Part shown: positions 8,096 to 16,541 of the stretch, one piece after another | How positions within the stretch are numbered: the first letter of the stretch is position 1 | Layout of the letters: each line of letters starts with the position of its first letter | DNA from: Anaerolineales bacterium | GTDB taxonomy: Bacteria > Chloroflexota > Anaerolineae > Anaerolineales > UBA11579 | Direction: 5' to 3' | DNA length: 64,000 nt | NCBI GenBank assembly: GCA_019637675.1 | Contig: JAHBVE010000003.1 | Coordinates: 473,568-537,567 of the forward strand | Translations under genes and position numbers: made by a program | Notes under the pieces: model-generated | Told to the model about the DNA's origin: nothing | Seen by the model: the letters and a program-made list of their open reading frames with translations, nothing else | The model's database searches: none

Positions 8096-8246
8096 GCGCG
8101 TGAGTGTATAGGATTCGTGTTTTGGCTGTCAAATAAAACAATTGACAGGTTTGTTTAGTGACCGGGTGCGCTTGGATAGGTAGGGGCAGTCACATTGATT
8201 CAATGTTGAGCCCAGGCCAGTTGGCAGGAAATCAATACAGGATTGC

Positions 8247-8331
8247 GTAGGGGCGGGTCTCAGACCCGCCCCTACATAATCCGTGTCAGAATGACACGGG
8301 GGAGTGTGGGCGCAGCATGCTGCGCCCCTAC
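8247..8331. repeat. Cluster of three different perfect palindromic hairpins (REP-like)
   Basis: 8247-8275 is GTAGGGGCGGGTCT-C-AGACCCGCCCCTAC. 8281-8299 is CCGTGTCA-GAA-TGACACGG. 8308-8327 is GGGCGCAGCATGCTGCGCCC. Confidence 0.65.
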
Positions 8332-8525
8332 GCGCTTCCTGTCATTCCGAGCAGGTATGTGTGTCCTCACCAGACTGCCGAACCCGCGCCAGCGAGGAAT
8401 CCGTATGGGCATGTCTTCTATATACGGCGTGTTTGTGTCTTACAAATGATCACTGCGTAGAAGATATGCCAGCAAGGATTCTTCCCTGATCTGGCTTCGG
8501 CGATCGGTGTGGCTTCTCAAACCCG

Positions 8526-8542
8526 GTCAGAATGACACGGGG
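8526..8542. repeat. Second copy of the 17-mer GTCAGAATGACACGGGG (first copy at 8285-8301)
   Basis: An exact 17-nt direct repeat, with the two copies starting 241 nt apart, inside the same intergenic region. Confidence 0.6.
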
Positions 8543-8582
8543 TTTGGGCGGCGACTAAATGACTAAGGGACCAAAGACCAAG

Positions 8583-9341
8583 TTAAATAACCAACGTGCC
8601 TTCGTTCACCTGCAGCTCATAGCCGAACACCTGGCCGAAAGCGTTGATAACTTCCTGCACGACGCGCTCCATGTCCGGCGCGTCGTTGAACAGATACTCC
8701 AAGCTGATCTGATTCTGATTTTCCAGCCCGCAGGCGATGATGCCCTGCCAGTAACTCATGTCTGGCATGACGTTGAGAGCGAAGCCGTGGCGCGAGATGC
8801 CTTTGGCGTCCACCTTGACGCCGATCGAAGCGATCTTGCTGGGCGCCTGCAGCAAATGCGGCGGGCAGTGCACGCAGCGCGAGGCCACATCCGGCTGGAC
8901 CCAGACGCCGGTCTGGCCCTCCACCTGGCCAGACGGCACGCCCAGCTGGGCCAACGCCTTGATCAGCGTCCGCTCCAGATTGCGCAGGTAGGCGATGTAG
9001 TCGACTTTGGGGATGCGCGGATTGCCGCTGGCCGGGTCCGAAGTGACATCGCCCAGCGCCAGCAAGGGGTAGCCGACCAGTTGGCCTGGGCCGTGATAGG
9101 TCACATCCCCGCCGCGGTCAACCCAGTGCACATCCACCTGCTGCTCCTGCAGGCGCGCTTGCTCCCATAGCAGGTTCTCGGCCTGGCCGCGGCGGCCAAA
9201 GGTGTAGACGTGCGGGTGCTCGAGCAGCAACAGGGTGGGCGGGTGATCGCCGCGGGCGATCTGTTCGGCGAGCTGGTTCTGTAAGTTCCAGGCCTTTTGA
9301 TATTCCACCAGGCCCAGGCGATATATCTGGCAAATTGTCAT
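8583..9341 (-). CDS. lipB: Lipoyl(octanoyl) transferase LipB
   Basis: 252 aa. YQKAWNLQ...LLLLEHPHVYTFGRRG...DRGGDVTYHGPGQLVGYPL...KIASIGVKV matches the LipB catalytic motifs. Confidence 0.9.
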   Translation of the reverse strand: MTICQIYRLGLVEYQKAWNLQNQLAEQIARGDHPPTLLLLEHPHVYTFGRRGQAENLLWEQARLQEQQVDVHWVDRGGDVTYHGPGQLVGYPLLALGDVTSDPASGNPRIPKVDYIAYLRNLERTLIKALAQLGVPSGQVEGQTGVWVQPDVASRCVHCPPHLLQAPSKIASIGVKVDAKGISRHGFALNVMPDMSYWQGIIACGLENQNQISLEYLFNDAPDMERVVQEVINAFGQVFGYELQVNEGTLVI

Positions 9342-9349
9342 AGACAGGC

Positions 9350-10729
9350 TTGGATGATACCATTCGGGTTGTGGGGCGTATATGCGCCCCGTTTTCTTTT
9401 GCAGAAAGACGTTTTGTGCAAGCTACCGCAGACTCCACTGTTCCCAAACTGAACATCAAACAACGCCTGGCTGATTTCAATAAACTGTGGTTCGCCACCA
9501 CGGTGAGCGTGTTCGGCGGGCAGGTGACCAACCTGGCGATCCCGCTGGCGGCCGTGACGCTGCTGGGCGCCAACGCCATGCAGATGGGCTGGCTGCGCAC
9601 CTTCAGCAACCTGCCCTTCCCGCTCTTCAGCCTGCTGGCCGGCGTGTGGCTTGACCGGGTGCGCCGCAAACCGGTGATGATCACCGCCAATCTGGTGCGG
9701 GCCGTGTTGCTGTTCTCGGTGCCGCTTGCCGCCGCCCTTTCCTTGCTGACGCTTGAGCAGCTTTATGTTGTGGTGTTCTGCGTGGGCACACTGACCGTGA
9801 TTCACGACGTGGCTCACTTCGCCTATGTGCCGGCGCTGGTGACGCGCAAGCACCTGATCCAATCCAACAGCAAACTGCATGCCAGCCATTCGCTGGCGGA
9901 GCTGGGCGGCCCCGGCCTGGGCGGGCTGCTGGTGCAATGGCTGGGCGCGCCCTTCACCGTGCTGATGGATGGGATTGCCAACCTGGGGTCGGCCCTGGCC
10001 GTCTCGCGCATCAGCACACCGGAAACCGCCAAGCCGCGAGCGAAGAACCCCGCTACGGTTTGGCAGGACATCGTGGCCGGCCTGCATGCCCTGTTCGACA
10101 CCCCGGCCTTGCGCTCCATCATTATTGCTTCCATGCTCCTGGTGCTGTTCAACTCAGCCGGCATGTCGATCTACTTGCTGTACTTGTCGCAGGATCTGCA
10201 GCTTTCGGCCGCCACGATCGGCCTCGTCTTCGCCGCCAGCGGCGGGGCGGCCATGCTGGGGGCGGCGCTGGCCGCCCCGGCCGCGGCGCGCATCGGCGTA
10301 GGGCCGGCCATCATTCTGGGCTGGTTCATGCAGACCCTCGGCCGCCTGGCGATCCCGTTCGCGGGCGGCTGGGCGCTGCTGCCGGTGTTGTTCGGGGCGC
10401 ACGTGTTGATGGGCGTGTTTGGCACGATCGCCAATATTCATCAATGGACCTTCCGCCAGAACACGGTCAGCGATGACTTCCTGGCGCGGGTCACGGCCGG
10501 CCACCGCTTTGCGGTGTACGGCACGGCGGCGGTCGGCTCCTTGCTGGGCGGCGTGTTGGGCACGCGCATGGGCTTGCACCCGGCGCTGGTGCTGTGCGCG
10601 GCGCTGGCGCTGCTGGGGCCGCTGTACGCGCTGCTCTCGCCGTTGCGCACGGTGCGAAAGCAACCCGGCGCTGAGCCGGTTGCGCAGGTGGAGGAGGCGG
10701 CCCTGCCGCCGGATGGGGAGATCAGCTAA
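9350..10729 (+). CDS. MFS transporter
   Basis: About 12 predicted TM segments with an MFS-like loop (WLDRVRRKPVM). The start is uncertain (TTG at 9350, or a downstream GTG). Confidence 0.8.
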   Translation: MDDTIRVVGRICAPFSFAERRFVQATADSTVPKLNIKQRLADFNKLWFATTVSVFGGQVTNLAIPLAAVTLLGANAMQMGWLRTFSNLPFPLFSLLAGVWLDRVRRKPVMITANLVRAVLLFSVPLAAALSLLTLEQLYVVVFCVGTLTVIHDVAHFAYVPALVTRKHLIQSNSKLHASHSLAELGGPGLGGLLVQWLGAPFTVLMDGIANLGSALAVSRISTPETAKPRAKNPATVWQDIVAGLHALFDTPALRSIIIASMLLVLFNSAGMSIYLLYLSQDLQLSAATIGLVFAASGGAAMLGAALAAPAAARIGVGPAIILGWFMQTLGRLAIPFAGGWALLPVLFGAHVLMGVFGTIANIHQWTFRQNTVSDDFLARVTAGHRFAVYGTAAVGSLLGGVLGTRMGLHPALVLCAALALLGPLYALLSPLRTVRKQPGAEPVAQVEEAALPPDGEIS

Positions 10730-12122
10730 CCAGGCAGCGCCGAAACAGATCGTGCTGCAGCAGGTTGTGGGGGTCAGTTTGCGCTTTGAGGCTTAGTAGG
10801 CGGGCTAAAGTTTCCGGGCGCAGGAAGGCGCGGGCGCGCTCCGCCGTCAGCATGCCATCTTTGGCAAAGTAGAAGCGGCCGCCGTTGGCGAGCACGATCG
10901 CGTCGAGTTCTTCGGCCAGCGCCAGCAAGCGCCCGGGGTCGCCGGGTACGCGGAAATCGAGCGCCAGCGAGTAGCCATCCACCGCGTGCGAGAGCAGGAA
11001 CTTGTCGGGCCGGTGGCGCTTGAGCACAGCCAGGTAGGGCGGCAGGCCGCGGTGCTGGGCTGTCTGCAGTATTTCGCGGAAGGCCGGCTCGGCCACCGCG
11101 GCCGGGATGAAGCTTTGGTGTTGCACCAGGCCGCCGCGGCCGTAGATGCGCTCCCAGCCGGGGATGTAATCCAGCAGGAAATTGAACTCAACCAACGATT
11201 GCAAATAGGTCTTGTTGTTGTGCAGTAAGCGGTCGGCGCTGTACTTGGCAAAGTTCACCAAACGTACACCGAAGTTGTTGACGAAGGGCGCCATCAGCGG
11301 CGGCAGCGCGCCTTTGGGGATGCCGAGGATGCTGGGCGGCAGGTCCAGGTTGGCTTGCTGCGGCGCACGCTCGCCTTCGGTCAAGTAGGTGGCGCGGTGC
11401 AGCTGGCCGCGGCCCAGGGCGCGGCCGCGGGCGGTGGCATCCAGCCAGCCCACGATGTAGTCTTCGTCCTTGTGCTCGTCCACCGCGGCCAGCATGCCGG
11501 CCAGGTGCGGCTGGGTCCAGGCGGTGACGCGTACGTGGCTTGCGTAGACCTTCTTGAGCTGCAGCGTGATCGAGGTGAAGATGCCCAGCAGCCCCATGCC
11601 GCCGATCATGGCGTAGAACAGCTCGCTATTTTGCTGAGGGTTGCAGGTGACCTGCTGGCCGTTGGGCAGCAGGGCGCTGAACTCTATGACATGCTCGCCG
11701 ATGGGGCCGGCCTGCCAGTTGTTCTTGCCGTGAATGTTGGCCGCCAGGCAGCCGCCCAGCGTCGGGAACATGGTGCCGGGCACCACCGGCGGCCACCAAC
11801 CGTGCGGCAGGGCATGCCGCCACAGCTGCTCGATGGTGACGCCCGGCTCGACGGTGATGATGCCGGTGCCCGCATCCCACTCCAGGATGCGGGTGAGCTC
11901 CCCCAGTTCCAGCACGATCTGGCCGGTGTTGAGGGCTGCATCGCCGTAGCTGCGGCCCGAGCCGCGCAGGCCGACGCTGAGGCCGGCGGCGCGGGCCTGC
12001 TCAAACAAGGCGGGCAGCTCATCCGTGTGCTGCGGGCGAAAGACATAGGCCACCCGCTGCAGCGAATGGCCGAAATTTTCCAGGCGGGCGGCGTTCTTGA
12101 GCAGCAGGGGGGCAGAACTCAA
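10722..12122 (-). CDS. FAD-binding oxidoreductase, DprE1-like (decaprenylphosphoryl-ribose 2'-oxidase family)
   Basis: 466 aa from a TTG that overlaps the upstream stop (TTGA). FAD-binding PCMH-type motifs are GLRGSGRSYGDAALN and PGTMFPTLGGCLAANIHGKN. The upstream part of the long ORF looks non-coding. Confidence 0.75.
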   Translation of the reverse strand: MSSAPLLLKNAARLENFGHSLQRVAYVFRPQHTDELPALFEQARAAGLSVGLRGSGRSYGDAALNTGQIVLELGELTRILEWDAGTGIITVEPGVTIEQLWRHALPHGWWPPVVPGTMFPTLGGCLAANIHGKNNWQAGPIGEHVIEFSALLPNGQQVTCNPQQNSELFYAMIGGMGLLGIFTSITLQLKKVYASHVRVTAWTQPHLAGMLAAVDEHKDEDYIVGWLDATARGRALGRGQLHRATYLTEGERAPQQANLDLPPSILGIPKGALPPLMAPFVNNFGVRLVNFAKYSADRLLHNNKTYLQSLVEFNFLLDYIPGWERIYGRGGLVQHQSFIPAAVAEPAFREILQTAQHRGLPPYLAVLKRHRPDKFLLSHAVDGYSLALDFRVPGDPGRLLALAEELDAIVLANGGRFYFAKDGMLTAERARAFLRPETLARLLSLKAQTDPHNLLQHDLFRRCLVS

Positions 12123-12901
12123 AAGGAGAGTCTCCGGAAGATGAAGGAGGGCACGTTGCGCACGGCCAGCATCAGCCAGCGCCACCACCACGGCACATAC
12201 ACCACCTGCTTGCGGCCCTTGATGGCCTTCCAGATGCCATCCGCGCACTGCTGCGGGCTGATGACGCCGAAGCTGCGCGGGGCATTGGCCAGGATCTGCG
12301 TATTGACGAAGCCCGGGCGCACGGTGAGCACATGCACGCCGTGGCGGCTGAGACGGTTGCGCAGCGCTTCGAGGTAGGTGTCGAGGCCGGCTTTGGATGC
12401 GTTGTAGGCCGGGTTGAGCACGCGGCCACGGTCGCCCGCCACCGAGGAAATGCCGACCAGTTGCCCGCTGCCCTGTTTTTGGAACAGCGCGCCCACCTGA
12501 CCCAGCCAACCGATGCCGCCGGCCAGATTGACCGAGAGCATGTGCTGATCTTTCTCGAGGTCGAACTCGTCGATATCCACTTTGGGCATGACGCCGGCGC
12601 AATAGACGAACAGGTCCAGCCCGCCCAGCTCGGTGACGAGGCGTTGCAGCATGGCCGGAATTTCGTCCAGCTGGGTGACATCGTGGGCGAAGGGCAGCGC
12701 ACGCGTCTGGCCGCCCAGGTTGAGCTCGTTAGCGAGGGCCTGCAGCGGCTCGGGCGTGCGCGAGAGGGCCGCCACCAGGTAGCCTTCGGCGGCGAGGCGG
12801 CGCACCAGAGCGGCGCCGATGCCGGAGGAGGCGCCGACGACGACGGCGCGTTTGCGGCGGGCGAGTGGAGCTTCAGGCGGGGTGGGCGTTTGGGCAGTCA
12901 T
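12119..12901 (-). CDS. Short-chain dehydrogenase/reductase, DprE2-like
   Basis: 260 aa from ATG 12901. It has the cofactor motif VVVGASSGIGAAL and the catalytic YNASKAG. It is translationally coupled to the downstream DprE1-like gene. Confidence 0.75.
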   Translation of the reverse strand: MTAQTPTPPEAPLARRKRAVVVGASSGIGAALVRRLAAEGYLVAALSRTPEPLQALANELNLGGQTRALPFAHDVTQLDEIPAMLQRLVTELGGLDLFVYCAGVMPKVDIDEFDLEKDQHMLSVNLAGGIGWLGQVGALFQKQGSGQLVGISSVAGDRGRVLNPAYNASKAGLDTYLEALRNRLSRHGVHVLTVRPGFVNTQILANAPRSFGVISPQQCADGIWKAIKGRKQVVYVPWWWRWLMLAVRNVPSFIFRRLSF

Positions 12902-12985
12902 GACGCGTGAATTATGCCACTTATGCGTTAGGCGGCACGCATAGGGAACCTGGGCGGCGGGCGCGGGGTAGTAAGGGTGAGGTGC

Positions 12986-14212
12986 ATGATGAAAAAACCG
13001 ATCCGTATTCTGCTGGGGGCGCTGGTGCTTGTGGCCGTGGTGCTTTCGCTGCCATTCTGGCTGCCCACTGTTTTGGCGAACACACACACGGCCGAGTCTG
13101 TGGCGACTGGCGAAACAACCCTGCTGTTGTGGAGCAATGAGTGGCAACCCGATGAAGGCGGAGCACTAACCAACCCGCGCCTGGTGGCCTGGCAGCCTGC
13201 CCGCGGCGAAACGGTCTGGAGCCTGGATACCGGCTACGCCTACGGCGCGGTGCTGGATGGCGAGCGCGCCTACCTGGTCGAAGATCCGCTGCGCAAGGCG
13301 TACGAACCACAAGCGCTGCTGCAACTGAGCATTGTGGACCTGGCCAGCGGCGAACGGCTGAGCCAGACCGCGCTGAAGGGTGAATTCCTGGCCAACCTAA
13401 GCTCCGGCGCGCCAGTGCCGATCCTGGCGCTGGACGACACGTTGTATTTCACGAACAATCGCCAAAGCGCCAACCTGGCGGCCTATGACTTGACGACTCA
13501 TACGTTGAGCGAGGCGCGCTATTCCATGTGCGAGAACGGGTATCCCGTCGAATACGAATACATCGCCAGCCAGCACGCTATCCTGAGCCTATGCGTCGAG
13601 TTCAGCACGGATATGCAGACAAGCCTGACGCGCGTGTCGCTGGCCGACGGCGCGCAGCAGAGCTTGCCGATCGAGATGACCGTGGATGGACACTACCCGG
13701 CCAACGGCCTGGTGGTCACGCCGGATGAGCAGGTCTATGTGCTCAACAGCGGCAGCTACACGATGATGCAGATCGATGTGGAGACGATGCAGCCGCTGCG
13801 CCAGGCCAACTATGCCGAGGCCAAAGCGGAGCACGATGGCTGGCTGGAGCGCGGGCTGGCCTGGCTGCTGGAGCAAGCTGCCCGCCCGGCCCAGGCCAAG
13901 ATGCTGTTCGCCGTGACGGCGCTCTCGCCGGATGGCAGCCAGCTGGCCGTCGCCGGCAGCCCGCTGCACGGCAACCAGCGCGAGCTGTACATCGTGGATC
14001 TGGACAGCTTGCAGGCGGTCCAGCGCGTGCGCATGCCGGGGCTGGCCAGCCAACTGGCTTACCTGGACAGCCAAACCGTGGCGCTGGTCTACGGCGACAA
14101 TTCGCCGTGGTACCAGGTGGCCGCGCTCGACATCCCCAGCGGGGAGCAGGCTGTGCTGTCGGCGCCATCCTTCGGGTACTTGCGCAGCTTGTTCGTGCTC
14201 GCCGGGCAATAG
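12986..14212 (+). CDS. Hypothetical secreted or membrane-anchored protein, possibly beta-propeller-like
   Basis: It has an N-terminal signal or anchor (MMKKPIRILLGALVLVAVVLSLPFWL) and repetitive beta-strand-like segments. No family is recognised. An AAGGGTGAGG RBS precedes ATG 12986. Confidence 0.5.
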   Translation: MMKKPIRILLGALVLVAVVLSLPFWLPTVLANTHTAESVATGETTLLLWSNEWQPDEGGALTNPRLVAWQPARGETVWSLDTGYAYGAVLDGERAYLVEDPLRKAYEPQALLQLSIVDLASGERLSQTALKGEFLANLSSGAPVPILALDDTLYFTNNRQSANLAAYDLTTHTLSEARYSMCENGYPVEYEYIASQHAILSLCVEFSTDMQTSLTRVSLADGAQQSLPIEMTVDGHYPANGLVVTPDEQVYVLNSGSYTMMQIDVETMQPLRQANYAEAKAEHDGWLERGLAWLLEQAARPAQAKMLFAVTALSPDGSQLAVAGSPLHGNQRELYIVDLDSLQAVQRVRMPGLASQLAYLDSQTVALVYGDNSPWYQVAALDIPSGEQAVLSAPSFGYLRSLFVLAGQ

Positions 14213-14267
14213 GCTGGCCTGCGCCGGTTTGTTACAATCGCCCTCTGACACCAAAATCGGAGGACGA

Positions 14268-15341
14268 ATGGGCCATCTTTTTATTCCGGGTCCCGTGGAT
14301 GTAGATCCGGAGATCGCTGCTGAGCAAACCCGCGCCATGCTGCCCCACCGCAGCGCGCAGTTCGAAGAGATCTTTCGGCGCGCCGGCGAGAATGCGCAGA
14401 AGATCTTCCTCACCAAGTACCGCGTCTTCATCAGCGCGTCCTCCGGCACCGGCTTCCACGAGGCCGCTGTGCGCAACCTGGTGGAGAAGGATGTGCTGTG
14501 CTGCGTGAACGGCGCCTTCGCCGAGCGCTGGAAGCAGGTGGCCGAGAGCAACGGCAAGCAAGCCGATGTGCTCAGCGCGGACTGGAAAGAGCCCATCACG
14601 CCAGAGCGCGTGAAGGATGCGCTCAGCCAAAAGAAATACGAAGCCATCCTGGTGGTGCACAACGAAACCTCCACCGGCTTGGTCAATCCGGTCAAGCAGA
14701 TCGCCGAGGTGGTGCGCGCCACCAGCCCCGATACGCTGATCTGTGTGGACGCAGTATCCTCGCTGGGCGGCGACAAGATCGAGATGGACGCCTGGGGTCT
14801 GGACATGGTGCTGACCTCGGCCCAGAAGGCGCTGGCGCTGCCGCCGGGCATTTCGCTGGCGGCGGTCAGCGACCGCGCCATGGCCAAGGCCGAGACGGTA
14901 GCCAACCGCGGCTGGTACTTTGACCTGGTACGCATGGAAAAGCACCGCTTGAAGGACAGCACGCCGGCCACGCCGGCGATCGGCCTGGTGTACGCGCTCG
15001 ACAAGCAGCTGGAGCGCATGCTGGCCGAAGGGCTGGAGGCGCGCTTCGCCCGCCACGCTGCCATGGCCGAGCTGACCCAGAACTGGGCCACCAGCCGCGG
15101 GCTGGAGCTGTACGCACCCGAGGGCTACCGCTCGCAGACCGTCACGACCATCGACAACAAGCTCGGCATCGAGGTCAGCAAGCTCAACGCCTTTTTGAGC
15201 GAGCGCGGCATGCGCATCGCCAACGGCTACGGCCAGTTGAAGAACATCACCTTCCGCATCGGCCATATGGGCGAGCTGGGGCTCTCTGATATGGAGGAGC
15301 TGCTGGCTGCCATGGACGATTACCTGACGCAGAACAAATAA
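14268..15341 (+). CDS. Class V aminotransferase (serine-pyruvate / alanine-glyoxylate aminotransferase-like)
   Basis: 357 aa from ATG 14268 with a GGAGGA RBS. It starts MGHLFIPGPVDVDPEI and has the PLP-Lys context TSAQKAL. The upstream part of the ORF is trimmed. Confidence 0.85.
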   Translation: MGHLFIPGPVDVDPEIAAEQTRAMLPHRSAQFEEIFRRAGENAQKIFLTKYRVFISASSGTGFHEAAVRNLVEKDVLCCVNGAFAERWKQVAESNGKQADVLSADWKEPITPERVKDALSQKKYEAILVVHNETSTGLVNPVKQIAEVVRATSPDTLICVDAVSSLGGDKIEMDAWGLDMVLTSAQKALALPPGISLAAVSDRAMAKAETVANRGWYFDLVRMEKHRLKDSTPATPAIGLVYALDKQLERMLAEGLEARFARHAAMAELTQNWATSRGLELYAPEGYRSQTVTTIDNKLGIEVSKLNAFLSERGMRIANGYGQLKNITFRIGHMGELGLSDMEELLAAMDDYLTQNK

Positions 15342-15373
15342 AAAAAAGCCCCGCAACTGCGGGGCTTTTTTTT
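15340..15373. terminator. Bidirectional intrinsic terminator
   Basis: A-run, GCCCCGCA-AC-TGCGGGGC, then T8. It lies between convergent genes. Confidence 0.8.
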
Positions 15374-15388
15374 GTGGGTCTACTTTGC

Positions 15389-15790
15389 TTAGTTAGGTCG
15401 CTTGGGCTGCACGCGCGGGCGGCTGTTGCCATCCGGCAGCACAGCGAACAGCACCATCTGCACCAGGCTGACGATGATGGCGCCCAGGAAGGCCGAGGCA
15501 AACCCATCGTAGCTGAACTGCACACCGAACAGGTTGCTGAGCCAGGCGGTCGCCATGAACAGCAGGGTGTTGACCACCAGGCTGAACAGGCCCAGGGTGA
15601 AGACGTAGATCGGGCAGGTCAGCAGCTTCAGCAGCGGGGCCAGGAAGGCATTGATGATGCCGAAGAACAGCGCCAGCAGCAGGTAGGTGGTCCAGCTCTC
15701 ATCGGCCACCGACAGGCCAGGCACAATGGCGATGGCGGCATACAAAGCCACCGCGTTGACGGCGAAACGAATAAGCCATGAATTCTTCAT
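15389..15790 (-). CDS. Phage_holin_4_2 / DUF360 (YvlD-like) four-TM membrane protein
   Basis: 133 aa. The sequence LIRFAVNAVALYAAIAIVPGL...INAFLAPLLKLLTCPIYVFTLGLFSLVVNTLLF matches the family pattern as I recall it. Confidence 0.65.
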   Translation of the reverse strand: MKNSWLIRFAVNAVALYAAIAIVPGLSVADESWTTYLLLALFFGIINAFLAPLLKLLTCPIYVFTLGLFSLVVNTLLFMATAWLSNLFGVQFSYDGFASAFLGAIIVSLVQMVLFAVLPDGNSRPRVQPKRPN

Positions 15791-15807
15791 TTTTATTTGT
15801 AATCTCC

Positions 15808-16467
15808 TTACTTATCTAATGTAACATAATTGTCAATACGATTTTTCACCGCGTAGGCGGCCGCCTCAGCCCGGGTGGACAAGGCCAGCTTGCTCAAGAT
15901 CGAACTGACGTAGTTACGCACCGTTTTCTCACTCAAGAAAACTTGATCGGCGATCTCTTTGTTACGCTTGCCTTGGGCCACCAGCGCCAGCACTTTCAGC
16001 TCCTGCTCGCTCAATGGGGCAAACGCCTCGGATTCGGCTTTGCGGGTGGTCTCACGCATGCGCTTGAAGACCTGCTGGGTGACGGCGGGGTCGAGCAGCG
16101 ATTCGCCGCGGCCGATGCGCTCCAGGGCGGCGATCAGCTCGCGGCTGTCGATCTGCTTGAGCACATAGCCGGAGGCGCCGGCCGAGATGGCGTCGAACAA
16201 CAGGTCATCGTCGGCGAAGGTGGTGAGCATCACCACCTTCGTGTCCGGGCGCAGCGCCATGATCTCACGCGTGGCTTCGATGCCGCTTTTGCCGGGCAGG
16301 CGGATGTCCATAACCACCACATCCGGCTGGTACTCGGCAGCCTGGCGCACGGCCTCGTCTGCGGTGCCCGCCTCGGCGACTACTTCAAATTGGGGGTAGT
16401 GGCTGAGCAGGGATTTGATGCCCAGGCGCACCACCTCATGATCGTCAACCAGAAGAACTTTAAGCAT
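15808..16467 (-). CDS. NarL/FixJ-family response regulator
   Basis: The receiver is [16 protein letters not shown]...[10 protein letters not shown]...KVVMLT. The C-terminal LuxR HTH is [39 protein letters not shown]. Confidence 0.9.
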   Translation of the reverse strand: MLKVLLVDDHEVVRLGIKSLLSHYPQFEVVAEAGTADEAVRQAAEYQPDVVVMDIRLPGKSGIEATREIMALRPDTKVVMLTTFADDDLLFDAISAGASGYVLKQIDSRELIAALERIGRGESLLDPAVTQQVFKRMRETTRKAESEAFAPLSEQELKVLALVAQGKRNKEIADQVFLSEKTVRNYVSSILSKLALSTRAEAAAYAVKNRIDNYVTLDK

Positions 16468-16541
16468 GCGCTTTGTATAATTCCTTTAAGGATTATAGCA
16501 TTGCCTACTTTTGACAGCTCTTTCCGCGGAGTTTATACGCC

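Noticed and set aside
8243-8489. Small ORFs of 68 aa and 61 aa inside the 8100-8580 intergenic region.
   Set aside because: They run through the palindromic repeats, have no SD, and have implausible Cys/Arg-rich composition. The region is better explained as repeat or non-coding DNA.
16511-16539. TTGACA-N17-TATACG as the promoter of the GAF histidine kinase gene.
   Set aside because: The -10-like hexamer ends only 2 nt before the annotated ATG (16542). A transcript from it would start inside the ORF. It is not reported as a feature unless the true start is the downstream Met at 16566.
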